Position numbers and translations under genes: made by a program. Shown here piece by piece: positions 26,807 to 36,524 of a DNA stretch of 64,000 nucleotides. The stretch's first letter is position 1. Each line of letters begins with the position of its first letter. The stretch comes from Thermodesulfobacteriota bacterium (GTDB lineage Bacteria; Desulfobacterota; BSN033; UBA1163), in contig JAOAHX010000008.1 in NCBI GenBank assembly GCA_026415035.1, positions 16,270-80,269 of the forward strand, read 5' to 3'. The notes beneath the pieces are model-generated. The model ran no database searches and had not been told where the DNA came from. It saw only the letters and a program-made list of their open reading frames with translations.

Positions 26807-26956
26807 TCAACAGCCCGGCTCTCCAGGATGGCCGCAGCAGGACTGAAAGCGACGGATCTTAATCCAGTTGTTCCTCAACAAAAGCCATAGCTTCTTAGGC
26901 CATGGCAGATCCCCTCGGAGATTGGTGAGAAAAGATCGGGGATTTGGTTTATCCAT
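26807..26956 (-). CDS. 49-aa basic Cys-rich peptide ending CCGHPGEPGC before a UGA (possible Sec readthrough to 26780)
   Basis: MDKPNPRSFLTNLRGDLPWPKKLWLLLRNNWIKIRRFQSCCGHPGEPGC; TTGAAA-18-TAAAAT promoter-like motif ends 8 nt before ATG 26956; first gene of a coupled operon. Confidence 0.7.
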   Translation of the reverse strand: MDKPNPRSFLTNLRGDLPWPKKLWLLLRNNWIKIRRFQSCCGHPGEPGC

Positions 26957-27080
26957 TGTATTCCATTTTAGCCAAATGGAGCCCCGATTTTCAAAAGAAA
27001 TTTCTCCAAAGAGGGCCCATTCCAAAGACTGCTTTCCTCCTCTCTTGACAACCTCCTCGCCTTTTATTATTATTCAAGCT

Positions 27081-28331
27081 ATGAATAATGATCATTCAAA
27101 ATATGAATTATTTTACAGAAAAAGATGGATTGGCCCCCTGATCCAATCAGGGATCAAAACATTTCCTGTGGTCATTGTCTCTGGAGCGAGACAGGTCGGG
27201 AAGAGCACCTTCCTGCAGAACGAATTCCCAGATTTTAAATACCTCAGCCTGGATGATTTCTCGGCGCTCCACCAGGCCCAAAGAGATCCATCTTCCCTGT
27301 GGATCGACACGGATCGGGTCATCCTCGATGAGGCCCAAAAAGCTCCGGAGCTTTTTAGCGCTGTGAAACTTGCGGTAGACCGTAGCAGAAGGAAGATCCG
27401 CTTTTTAATCTCCGGGTCCTCGAATCTGTTATTGATGAAAGGGATCAGCGAGACCCTTGCAGGAAGAGCCATCTACTTTGAGATGCATCCGATGACCTAT
27501 GGCGAAATGTATGGAAAAGGCGAAAGGCCTCAAAATTTCCTTCACCTTCTCCATACCCATTTCAAGATCAAAGAACAAGAGTTGAAGGAAGTAGATCCCG
27601 TTCCCCTGATGCTCAAAGGTTTCATGCCTCCCCTGCTGCATTTGTCAGAGGGGAAAGACGTCCTACTCTGGTGGGAGGGTTATGTTAAGACATATCTTGA
27701 AAGGGACTTGAGAGAACTTTCGCAGATCGAGTCCTTGGTCGATTTTAGAAGAGTCCTGGAATCCCTCGCCCTCAGGACAGGGAATTTACTTAATCAGACA
27801 GAGGTCAGTCGAGATACCGGAGTCAGTCAACCTACGGTTTATCGATATATGAAGCTTCTCGAAATCTCAAACCTCGTCAAAAGGATTCCAGCCTACTTTC
27901 CTGCCCGAACGAAAAGGATTACAAAATCTCCTAAATGTTTCTTCGTGGACCCAGGCCTGAGCATTTATCTTTCAGGATATTACGATGAAGAGTCTTTGAG
28001 GAAGGCGAGGGAGATCGGACATTACTTCGAGTCCTTTATCTTTTTACATTTACAGGTCCTGAGCGAATGGTTGGTCCCCAAGGCCTCTCTTTTTTACTGG
28101 AGAACCCCATCGGGAAAAGAAGTGGACTTCGTCCTCGAGCAGGGCAAAAACCTCTTTGCCTTTGAGGTTAAGATGACCCAGAAACCTACTTTCCATGATG
28201 TGCGGAATTTAATCGCCTTTGTGGAAGAGCATCCGAGGACCGTAAGAGGGGTTTTGATCCACGCCGGATCATCGATTCAATATTTTCATTCAAAGGTGAT
28301 CGCTATCCCCTGGTGGTGGATTGGATTGTAA
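27081..28331 (+). CDS. AAA+ ATPase (AAA_14) with DUF4143 domain
   Basis: GARQVGKST, ILDEAQ, SGSS, ETLAGR, YLERD, KSPK, YWRT..GKEVDF..EVK; start set to ATG 27081 after TTGACA-17-TATTAT. Confidence 0.88.
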   Translation: MNNDHSKYELFYRKRWIGPLIQSGIKTFPVVIVSGARQVGKSTFLQNEFPDFKYLSLDDFSALHQAQRDPSSLWIDTDRVILDEAQKAPELFSAVKLAVDRSRRKIRFLISGSSNLLLMKGISETLAGRAIYFEMHPMTYGEMYGKGERPQNFLHLLHTHFKIKEQELKEVDPVPLMLKGFMPPLLHLSEGKDVLLWWEGYVKTYLERDLRELSQIESLVDFRRVLESLALRTGNLLNQTEVSRDTGVSQPTVYRYMKLLEISNLVKRIPAYFPARTKRITKSPKCFFVDPGLSIYLSGYYDEESLRKAREIGHYFESFIFLHLQVLSEWLVPKASLFYWRTPSGKEVDFVLEQGKNLFAFEVKMTQKPTFHDVRNLIAFVEEHPRTVRGVLIHAGSSIQYFHSKVIAIPWWWIGL

Positions 28332-28346
28332 TTTAAACGAGTCCTT

Positions 28347-29465
28347 TCAAAAGATTCCACCTAAGCTTCCGGCGTAGCCGGTCAGTTCCACATAGCCCTC
28401 GCAGGTGATCGCTCTGCCTCCCGCGGTTCCCCTTCCGGCGACCGCGCCCTCCCAGTAAACGATCCCGGTGGACCCTTGGGTCAGGAGTTCCTGGCCGGAG
28501 ACGAGGGGGGTCAGTTCTACCTCTATCTTTTCCGAGGCGATCTTCAATCTCCATCGGCTCGGATATCTGCCACCGCTCTGAGGGCTTTTCCAGTAATCGA
28601 GGACTTGCAGGTTGATGTCGTTGAGTTGGAGATGAATCGCCTCCCCCGAGGCCTTGACCAGGGTCCCCGAGGAGGAGGCTTCGATCGTCCCGTCCTTCCT
28701 CCTGAGAAAATAGACCATCAGCTCCCGGCCGTCCGAAAGGTGGAGGCTGAACCAGTCCCAACCCACCTGATCGGGGGCGAGTTGATTCGAACCGAATTCA
28801 TGGTCAAACCAGCTCGTCCCTTTTACAGGAATGGAGGAATTGGAAAGAGGCGTTTTGATGAGTCCTTCGGTTGCGAGATTCGTATAGGAGAAGTAGTAGG
28901 AGGCCTGGCCTTCCTTCGGCCCTTTTTGGCTGAGTCCGTTCCTTCCATGGAAGACGAGGGGCTTGCGGGGCACCAGGCGGAGGGAGAGCCCCATCTCCTG
29001 ATGCCGGGCCGATAGGTGGATCCGGTTCCCCTCCATCTTGGCGAGCCAGTTGAGGAGCCAGACGTCCATCCTGTCTCGAGCGGCCCCTGCAAGCCCAGGA
29101 CCCTCCCGCGAAACCCTTTCTGCATACCAGAAACGATTGGAGGAGACATCGGTCAGGGCAAAATGGGCCAGGTAGATGTCGCGAATCGACCAGGGGTGAT
29201 CCGGATCCTTTGCCTTGGGGAGCGCCCCCTGCCGGAAGAAGGTGAGCTGGTATCCAAAGCGGTTGTTCGAAGCATCTCTCAGATGGCCCGTGAAGTACCA
29301 CCACTCGGTCCTGAATTCAGGGTGAGAACCATGATCTCTTGGGAAGGACCAATCCCAAGGACCGATGGCCTGACGCCAATCCCGGGCGGAGGCCAGAGAG
29401 AGGAACCCCATCAAAAGCAGAGGAGGGAGGAGCTTCCAAAGGGATTTATGAAGGCGACGATTCAT
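28347..29465 (-). CDS. AttH/CrtC-like lipocalin-fold secreted protein
   Basis: FPRDHGSHPEFRTEWWYFTG, ASYYFS, WFDHEF, GWDWF, YWEG, GYVELTGY. Confidence 0.88.
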   Translation of the reverse strand: MNRRLHKSLWKLLPPLLLMGFLSLASARDWRQAIGPWDWSFPRDHGSHPEFRTEWWYFTGHLRDASNNRFGYQLTFFRQGALPKAKDPDHPWSIRDIYLAHFALTDVSSNRFWYAERVSREGPGLAGAARDRMDVWLLNWLAKMEGNRIHLSARHQEMGLSLRLVPRKPLVFHGRNGLSQKGPKEGQASYYFSYTNLATEGLIKTPLSNSSIPVKGTSWFDHEFGSNQLAPDQVGWDWFSLHLSDGRELMVYFLRRKDGTIEASSSGTLVKASGEAIHLQLNDINLQVLDYWKSPQSGGRYPSRWRLKIASEKIEVELTPLVSGQELLTQGSTGIVYWEGAVAGRGTAGGRAITCEGYVELTGYAGSLGGIF

Positions 29466-29510
29466 CTTCTTTTTGCGTAATCCTGAGGCCCCCGATCCTG
29501 CTTAGATGAA

Positions 29511-32000
29511 CTACTCCTCCCGGATTTGGATTTGAGGATAGGTCCGGTAGACCCTCCAGATGGGATAAACGGCGGCTCCGATGCTGGCCAGAATGGCGAT
29601 GAGGCCCGTCCATAGATAAGGTTCGGGGGTAGGGTGATAGAAGATGGTCCAGTTGAAACTTCGGAGGTTGATCACCTTGATCAGGAGAACGGCAAGCCCG
29701 GTTCCGACGACGAGGCTCAGGATGAAACTGATCATCCCCATCCCCAGCCCCTCCATAAGCGTCATCTTCGCCACCTGACCCGTCGAAAATCCCAGGGCAC
29801 GGTAGATGCCGAACTCCCGGCTCCGCTCGATGAAGAGCGTCAGCAAAGCACCGGCGATGCCGAAAAAGGCGACGACGATGGCGATGACCCTCATGGAACG
29901 GGTGATGGCAAACGTCGTGTCAAACACCTCGAGGATCTCTCGATGGAGTTGAGCGCCCGTCAGCACCGGAAGCCCCCTCGCCTCCGCCCTCTTCTTCACC
30001 TCTTGGATCAGTTCGGATCTGCGCGGGTTGTCGGGGTCGATGAAGATCCCGATGTTGTTGAGGGTTCGGTCACCAAAAACCTTGAGATAGGTGGACCGGT
30101 CCATCATGACCAAGCCGTGTTCCGTGGTGTAATCGTAAAAGATGGCCCCGACCCTAAAGGCCGTAGGGCCTTGTCGGCCATCCAGCGTGATCGTATCACC
30201 CGATTTCACTCCAAAGCGCCTCGCAAAACTTTCGGAGACAATGACGCCACCCTGTTTGACAGGTTCCCAATTCTCATCCCCCCCTTTGACCCAGCCAAAC
30301 CGGGCATACTTCTGAAGGACCTTCGCATCCACCGCACTGATATGGATGGGGGTCTCTTGGTATAAGGTCTGGACATTGCGATAGGGATGGACCCCACCCA
30401 ATCCCTCCAACCCCTTCAGCTCCTCGAAGAAGTCCTCCGGGACCTCGGCTTCGAGGATCTTTCCGATGTAAAGATCCCCCCGGATCTGGGTGCCCATCCA
30501 CCAGATCAGGGACTGTCTGAAACTTCCGATCATCGTCCCCAGGCCGATCGACATGGAGAGCGAGATCATGAAGGCCGCGATGGCCACACCCGTCCTTCCG
30601 AGATTCTGCCGGATCGTCCCCGCCGCCACCTTCCCCGGAAGCCCTCCCCAAAGGACGAGGAGTTTTTTGAGAAAGGGGTGAAGGCCGAGGAGCAAGACGC
30701 CGGTGAGAAGGCTCGCCCCGAGGACGAAGCCGAAGACGCCGGCGAAACCGACATAGACATCGCCATCAGGGATGAGGAAGAGCATCAGGCTGACGAGAAA
30801 GACCGCAAGACCCGCGAGGGCCAATTGTATGGCCCGCTGGCCGCTCTTTCGGCCGGGCGCCCTTCCGCTCAAGGCTTGAACCGGATCGGTACGGATCAGT
30901 TCCACGAGGGGGACGATCCCTCCCACCAGGCCGGCGCCGCATCCGAGCAGGATGCCGACCACCGGGATCCAGAGCGACCAGACGACCGGTTCCGGTCTTA
31001 AGAAGAAGTAGAGATTGCTGATGGTATCGCCGATCATGCCGGTCAAAAATCGGGTCAAGAGATACCCCACCCAACCTCCGAGGGCTCCGCCGATGGCGCC
31101 GAGGATGAGGATCTCGGAAAGAAAGGCGAGAAAAATCTCGACCCTTGTTGCCCCGAGGCTCCTCAAGATGCCCGCATCGCGCCTTCGGCTGATGACCGTG
31201 AACATGGCGGTATTGTAGATGAGAAAGACGCCGACGAAGAGGGCCAACAGGGAGAGGGCCTCGAGATTGAGACGAAAGGCCCGAAGCATCCCGGAGTAGG
31301 TCTCGCTCCGCTGACGGGACGACTGGATGAGAAACCCTTTTCCCCAGCGAGACCGAAAACCGGGTTCGTCTGAAAGGATGAGGTCGACCCGGTCGACCCA
31401 GCCCTGGAGTTGATAGAGTTTCTGAGCATGACCGATATCCATGACCATCAGAGGCTCTGCCGAAGGATTGGAAAACACCCCCTTGACCCGAAGCCTCCCT
31501 TTCGTCGTCTCCAGGAGGGTATCGGGTGGGATTTCGATCTCTTCGATCAAATCCTGGTCCACGAGGACCGAGCGCTCGTCGGTCAAAAAGGAGAGGAGAT
31601 GAGAAAGGACGTCTGCCTTTTGATCCAGCCATTCCACACGGGCAAGTTCGGGGCGAAGCGTCCGGTCCAAAAACGGATCGATCCCCAGAAGCCGGACCTG
31701 GCCACCCTGGAGGAGGCTCAGCTGACGGTCGATGACCGGAGAGAACCACTCCACCGCAGGATCGCGGCTCAGTTGGATCAACAGGTGCTCCTCCATGGGA
31801 CCGACCGGTCTCTGGATCGAGTGGGTGGCTTGGCCTCTCAAAAATTCGATGGCCTTATGGAAACTCCGGAGGGCCGTCTGGGCGGAGAGGGTCATGCCCA
31901 CCACCGCGGCCACGCCGCAGGCCACGCCCATCAGTTGGAGGAGGCTGAGGCTCCGTCTGCGGGGAAGATAGCGGAGAAAGGATTTGGCGACGATCCTCAA
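29511..32000 (-). CDS. FtsX/MacB-like ABC permease (AttF/G-like, duplicated)
   Basis: Two FtsX permease halves: FRLNL..LSLLALFVGVFLIYN..RR...GILRSLG and ER.REFGIYRALG. Confidence 0.88.
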   Translation of the reverse strand: MRIVAKSFLRYLPRRRSLSLLQLMGVACGVAAVVGMTLSAQTALRSFHKAIEFLRGQATHSIQRPVGPMEEHLLIQLSRDPAVEWFSPVIDRQLSLLQGGQVRLLGIDPFLDRTLRPELARVEWLDQKADVLSHLLSFLTDERSVLVDQDLIEEIEIPPDTLLETTKGRLRVKGVFSNPSAEPLMVMDIGHAQKLYQLQGWVDRVDLILSDEPGFRSRWGKGFLIQSSRQRSETYSGMLRAFRLNLEALSLLALFVGVFLIYNTAMFTVISRRRDAGILRSLGATRVEIFLAFLSEILILGAIGGALGGWVGYLLTRFLTGMIGDTISNLYFFLRPEPVVWSLWIPVVGILLGCGAGLVGGIVPLVELIRTDPVQALSGRAPGRKSGQRAIQLALAGLAVFLVSLMLFLIPDGDVYVGFAGVFGFVLGASLLTGVLLLGLHPFLKKLLVLWGGLPGKVAAGTIRQNLGRTGVAIAAFMISLSMSIGLGTMIGSFRQSLIWWMGTQIRGDLYIGKILEAEVPEDFFEELKGLEGLGGVHPYRNVQTLYQETPIHISAVDAKVLQKYARFGWVKGGDENWEPVKQGGVIVSESFARRFGVKSGDTITLDGRQGPTAFRVGAIFYDYTTEHGLVMMDRSTYLKVFGDRTLNNIGIFIDPDNPRRSELIQEVKKRAEARGLPVLTGAQLHREILEVFDTTFAITRSMRVIAIVVAFFGIAGALLTLFIERSREFGIYRALGFSTGQVAKMTLMEGLGMGMISFILSLVVGTGLAVLLIKVINLRSFNWTIFYHPTPEPYLWTGLIAILASIGAAVYPIWRVYRTYPQIQIREE

Positions 32001-32686
32001 TGGGGCGATTCCTCACAGAAGGTCTCTTCGGTGATCACGCCATCGACCATTCTCAGGATGCGGGTCGCATAACGGCAGGTCAATGGGGAATGGGTGGCCA
32101 TGATCAGGGTGGTTCCTGATTCGCGACAGCTTCGGGTCAACAACTCGAGGATCTGGTTTCCTGTGGCCGTATCGAGATTTCCCGTGGGTTCATCGGCCAA
32201 GACGATGGTAGGGTTTTTTACGATGGCCCTGGCGATGGCCACCCGTTGCTGTTCCCCTCCGGAGAGCTCATTGGGATAGCGGCGTTCTTTGCCCTTAAGC
32301 CCCACGTCTCTCAAGGCCTGGAAGGCCAGCTCCGGCTCCGGCCGATTGGCCAGTTCGAGGGAGAGGTAGACGTTTTCGAAGGCCGTGAGGGTCGGAAGAA
32401 GGTTGAAGAACTGGAAGATGAATCCGATCTTCGCCCGTCTCAACAGCGTTCGGCCCCTCTCCCCAAGTTCCTCTAAATCTCGACCCTCCACCTCGATCCG
32501 TCCCCGTGTCGGACGATCCAGTCCCGCGATGAGGTTGAAGAGGGTCGTCTTTCCGGAGCCGCTCTTTCCGAAGAGGGCGACGACCTCTCCTGCCTCGATC
32601 TCGAGGCTCGTCCCACAGAGGGCGGGGGTGGCCGCCCCTACCTCCCCATAGTGTTTCCAAAGATCGTGGATTCGGATGAGGGCCAT
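31997..32686 (-). CDS. ABC exporter ATPase (LolD/AttE-like)
   Basis: GKSGSGKTT, GFIFQFFNL, LSGGEQQRVAIARA, ADEPTGNLD; start ATG 32686. Confidence 0.92.
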   Translation of the reverse strand: MALIRIHDLWKHYGEVGAATPALCGTSLEIEAGEVVALFGKSGSGKTTLFNLIAGLDRPTRGRIEVEGRDLEELGERGRTLLRRAKIGFIFQFFNLLPTLTAFENVYLSLELANRPEPELAFQALRDVGLKGKERRYPNELSGGEQQRVAIARAIVKNPTIVLADEPTGNLDTATGNQILELLTRSCRESGTTLIMATHSPLTCRYATRILRMVDGVITEETFCEESPH

Positions 32687-32696
32687 GGGGGGAAGG

Positions 32697-32900
32697 CTAA
32701 AGTTTTTCTGGGAAACAGAGGTTCTCCCCGCGAGCTGCGGCACGTCCGCAGTGTTGACAGAAATATTTGGCGTCCCGGATGAGCTCCTTGTATTCCTCCT
32801 GGGTCATGCTCTTCCGGAGCTCGCAGAGATGCCGTTCGTGTCCCTCATGGGGCACATTGAGAGCTGCCTCGGATAGGAAGACCTTTCCTGTGGTGGCCAT
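32697..32900 (-). CDS. Small Cys/His-rich putative metal-binding protein
   Basis: GGGAGG RBS; HEGHERHLC...CQHCGR...NLCFP. Confidence 0.7.
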   Translation of the reverse strand: MATTGKVFLSEAALNVPHEGHERHLCELRKSMTQEEYKELIRDAKYFCQHCGRAAARGENLCFPEKL

Positions 32901-32955
32901 GCTTAATCACCCTCCCTTCGTCAAATTCACCAAAGAGCCGTGACGAAACACACGC

Positions 32956-33819
32956 TCAAAGACCCCGTTTGGTTTCGATCCATTCGGAGAGTTTCTTCAG
33001 ATCCGGGCCCCTCGTGAAGAGAGGGGTTTTGTTTTCCCGATAGACCGTCAGGTTCTCTTCAAAGGTCGGCCTCGGGTTGAGGTAAAAGATCCCTAAAGGC
33101 ATGCGGTCGGTCTCCCAGGCCTTTTTGAGCGCCTCAACTCGATCGTAAGGATCGTGGTCCTCCCCAAGATAGTAAATCTTCGATTTAAACCACTGGTAGG
33201 TATTCAACTTGTTATAGGTAACGCAGGGCTGGAGGATGTCGACAAGGGCATACCCTTTGTGGGAGATCGCCTTTTTGATCAACTCCTTCGTCTGATCCAC
33301 ATCCCCGGCAAAGGCCCTGGCGACAAAGGAGGCCCCCAGGGTAATGGCGATCGCAAGGGGGTTGAAGGGTTCGTGAAAGACGCCTTCCCGCTGGACGAGG
33401 GTTTTGAACCCTTGAAGGCTCGTGGGCGAGGCCTGCCCTTTGGTCAACCCGTAGACCATGTTGTTGTGAACGATATTGGTGATGTCCGGGTTCCGACGAA
33501 TGGCGTGGAGAAAATGGTTCCCGCCCTCGCCATACATGCAGCCGTCACCGCTTTCGTCGATGACGATGAGGTCAGGGTTGACCGCTTTGATGGCGGTGGC
33601 CACGGGCAGGGATCGCCCGTGGAGGCCGTTGAAGAGGTTGCACCGGAAATAGTGGGGGGCTTTGGCCGCCTGTCCGATGCCCGAGACGACGACGAGCCTC
33701 TCGGGTTCGATCTGAAGCTCAAAAAGCGCGGCCTTCAGGGCCCTTAGGATGGCAAAATTCCCACAGCCCGGACACCAGGCGATATCCAATCCTTCTATGT
33801 CATATCGGTTCGTTTCCAT
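32956..33819 (-). CDS. 2-oxoacid:ferredoxin oxidoreductase beta subunit
   Basis: WCPGCG, SGIG, LHGR, GDG (TPP), [21 protein letters not shown]. Confidence 0.92.
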   Translation of the reverse strand: METNRYDIEGLDIAWCPGCGNFAILRALKAALFELQIEPERLVVVSGIGQAAKAPHYFRCNLFNGLHGRSLPVATAIKAVNPDLIVIDESGDGCMYGEGGNHFLHAIRRNPDITNIVHNNMVYGLTKGQASPTSLQGFKTLVQREGVFHEPFNPLAIAITLGASFVARAFAGDVDQTKELIKKAISHKGYALVDILQPCVTYNKLNTYQWFKSKIYYLGEDHDPYDRVEALKKAWETDRMPLGIFYLNPRPTFEENLTVYRENKTPLFTRGPDLKKLSEWIETKRGL

Positions 33820-33828
33820 TTGAGGCTC

Positions 33829-35553
33829 CTAAGGCAGGATCGATTGCAGCCGCCTTTCGAGATCGTCCACGGCAAAGGGAAGACCGTTATATTGAAGGAC
33901 CTGATCGTCCATCTCCAATCCCGTCTCCATCCGGAGGAGCCGGCCGAATTGGCCAGTGGCGTTGTTCTCGACGAGGACCCTCTTTTTGGCCTTGCGAAGA
34001 TACTGGCGTGTTTTCGGATGAAGGGGGTAGGTCTGTTTGAAGTGGAGGAACGATACCCCCTCCCTTCCCAGCCTTCTTATCGCCTCCTGGATCGCATGGT
34101 AGGTGGATCCCCATCCAACGATGAGGGTTTCGTACTCTTCGGGTCCATGAAGCTCTGGAGGGAGGAGGTCTTTCCTCAGGAGTTCCAATTTTTTGAGCCT
34201 CTTGTCAACCATCCTCGTTCTCAGGCCGAGATCTTCGGTGATGTGACCCTCCTCGTCGTGCTCATCGCTGTCGAGGACGACAAGCCCCTGGCCGTAACCG
34301 GGGATGCCCCGAGGTGAGAGGCCGTCCTCGGTGATTCGATAACGCTTATAATCGCGGTCCGTTTCGATAAAATGCCTTTTCGGTTGAAAATCGGAGAGGT
34401 CGATTGAGGGAATGTTGTAATGAGACTCGAGGAGGTATTGATCGGTTAAGATGAACACAGGGATTTGATATCGATCGGCCAGGTCGAAGGCCTTCTGGCC
34501 GAGATAGAAACAGTCTTCGATCGTCCCCGGGGTGAGGATCGCCCTCGGAAATTCCCCATGGCCTGCGAAGAGGGCAAAGAGGAGTTCCCCCTGTTCGGTC
34601 CGGGTGGGAAGCCCTGTGGCGGGACCCGGCCGTTGTCCGATATGGATGACCATGGGCGACTCGATCATCCCCGCAAGGCTCAACCCCTCGACCATCAGGG
34701 CAAAGCCTCCCCCCGAGGTGGAGGCCAAACCCCTGGCGCCCGCATACCAGGCGCCGAGGCCCATGTTCATGGCGCTGATCTCGTCCTCGGCCTGCTCCAC
34801 AATGAGGCCAAACTCGTTTGAGCGTTCTGCGAGATGCACGGCCAAAGCCGTGGAGGGGGACATGGGATAGAAAGCGAGGAAGTTGCATCCTCCGGCGATG
34901 ACGCCCATGGCGAGCGCTTCGACCCCGTCCAACAGGAGCTCGTTTTTGACGAGCTCGTGTTTCGTGAGGTCGATCCGGATGTGGCCGGATTGGAGGATGG
35001 CCGCGGCGATCTCATATCCCCTGTCCATCGCCTGAAGGTTTTTCTGGACGGTCTCTTCCTCTTTTCCCGAAAAATGGTGGCGGAGATACTGACGGAGCAA
35101 TTCCGTGTCCACCTGAAAGAGTCCGGCCAGGACTCCCGCCGCAACCGTGTTGATATAGATGAGGCCCCCCACTTCCTGGGCGATCGAAGAGAAAGGGACA
35201 TCCACGGCCCGGCAGGTCGGACATTCCTTTTCATAAAGGGCCTTCTCTCCCAACAGGAGAGTCTGAGGCGAGATATGTTTCTGAAGGTGATGGACCGCTC
35301 CGGGGTTGAAGGGGATCAAGAGATCGATTCGATTTACAGGGGCGGCCACCCGATGGTTGGAGACCCGAATCCAGGTGGAGTTGCTCCCGCCCCGGATGCG
35401 GGACATATATTCCTGGGAGGAAAAGACGTGATATCCCGAAAGCTTCAACGTTCGTGTGAGGAGGTGTTCGACGGTCTGAATCCCCTGACCCGCCTCTCCA
35501 CAGAGAACGATGGAGATCTCTTCCCCGAATCTACCGCTCCTTCCCTGTTCCAT
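33829..35553 (-). CDS. 2-oxoacid:ferredoxin oxidoreductase alpha subunit (gamma-alpha fused)
   Basis: GEAGQG, YMSRIRGG, YPMSP, QAEDEI, TSGGGF, QRPGPATGLPT, VENN. Confidence 0.92.
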   Translation of the reverse strand: MEQGRSGRFGEEISIVLCGEAGQGIQTVEHLLTRTLKLSGYHVFSSQEYMSRIRGGSNSTWIRVSNHRVAAPVNRIDLLIPFNPGAVHHLQKHISPQTLLLGEKALYEKECPTCRAVDVPFSSIAQEVGGLIYINTVAAGVLAGLFQVDTELLRQYLRHHFSGKEEETVQKNLQAMDRGYEIAAAILQSGHIRIDLTKHELVKNELLLDGVEALAMGVIAGGCNFLAFYPMSPSTALAVHLAERSNEFGLIVEQAEDEISAMNMGLGAWYAGARGLASTSGGGFALMVEGLSLAGMIESPMVIHIGQRPGPATGLPTRTEQGELLFALFAGHGEFPRAILTPGTIEDCFYLGQKAFDLADRYQIPVFILTDQYLLESHYNIPSIDLSDFQPKRHFIETDRDYKRYRITEDGLSPRGIPGYGQGLVVLDSDEHDEEGHITEDLGLRTRMVDKRLKKLELLRKDLLPPELHGPEEYETLIVGWGSTYHAIQEAIRRLGREGVSFLHFKQTYPLHPKTRQYLRKAKKRVLVENNATGQFGRLLRMETGLEMDDQVLQYNGLPFAVDDLERRLQSILP

Positions 35554-35759
35554 TGCGCCTCCTGAAGGACACCGGGCCCTTTGAAGATATTATAAATGAC
35601 CTCCTCCGGCGGGGCAAACGGCCAGCCCCTCGGAACTTCAGGAAACTTTTAACGATTGGAGAAACCTGCCCCGTTGTGTTAGCTTTATTAAAAAGCCCTT
35701 CACCCCACCAAACCCTTTTTTCTCGATCACGGGGATCGAAAACGGGCGTCCTTTTGAGA

Positions 35760-36497
35760 ATGATCTGGGAAGGAGGACTCTTTAGTTTAGGAGCAGGATT
35801 GGCCACAGGGTTAGGGGCCCTTCCTGTCCTCTTTACGAAGAACGCCTCTCCTAAATTGCTCGACACCCTTCTCGGCCTATCTGCGGGCATCATGCTGGGG
35901 GCGACCTCTTTCAGCCTGGTCCTACCTTCGATTCAGTTGGGAGATGTTTGGGTCGCTGCCTTGGGCATTCTCCTGGGAGGGGCCTTTCTCGCCCTATCCA
36001 ATCGCCTCGTCCCGCACCTCCACACCTTTTCAGGACGCGAAGGACCCTCCTTGAGCCTCTCGAGGGTCTGGCTCTTTGTGTTGGCCATCACGATTCATAA
36101 CTTCCCTGAAGGGGTGTCTGTCGGCGTGGGGTTCGGAAGGGGCGATCTCCTCGAAGGGATGGGGTTGGCCATGGGCATCGGCTTTCAAAACATACCCGAG
36201 GGGATGGCCGTCGCCTTTGCTCTCCTGCGGGAGGGTTACAGTCCCTTTCGAGCCATCGGATATGCGACATTAACGGGATTGGTCGAGCCCATCGGAGGCC
36301 TCATCGGGGTCACGGTCGTCACCCTCGCCCAGTCCCTCCTTCCCTGGGGCCTTGCCTTTGCGGGAGGGGCGATGCTCTTCGTCATCAGCAACGAGATCAT
36401 CCCCGAGACCCATCGGAGCGGCCATCCCTTAGAGGCCACATCAGGGGTCCTGTTGGGTTTTGTGGTGATGACCATTTTTGACAATCTTTTCGGTTAA
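35760..36497 (+). CDS. ZIP family metal transporter (GufA-like)
   Basis: ITIHNFPEG, QNIPEG, GLVEP, AGGAM, EIIPE; start approximate. Confidence 0.9.
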   Translation: MIWEGGLFSLGAGLATGLGALPVLFTKNASPKLLDTLLGLSAGIMLGATSFSLVLPSIQLGDVWVAALGILLGGAFLALSNRLVPHLHTFSGREGPSLSLSRVWLFVLAITIHNFPEGVSVGVGFGRGDLLEGMGLAMGIGFQNIPEGMAVAFALLREGYSPFRAIGYATLTGLVEPIGGLIGVTVVTLAQSLLPWGLAFAGGAMLFVISNEIIPETHRSGHPLEATSGVLLGFVVMTIFDNLFG

Positions 36498-36524
36498 ACA
36501 TTTAACCCCCATAAGGAGAAGTGT

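Noticed and set aside
26868..27080. N-terminal extension of the AAA ATPase, and the 72-aa version of the Cys peptide
   Set aside because: Both cross the divergent promoter region; promoter positions favour ATG 27081 and ATG 26956.
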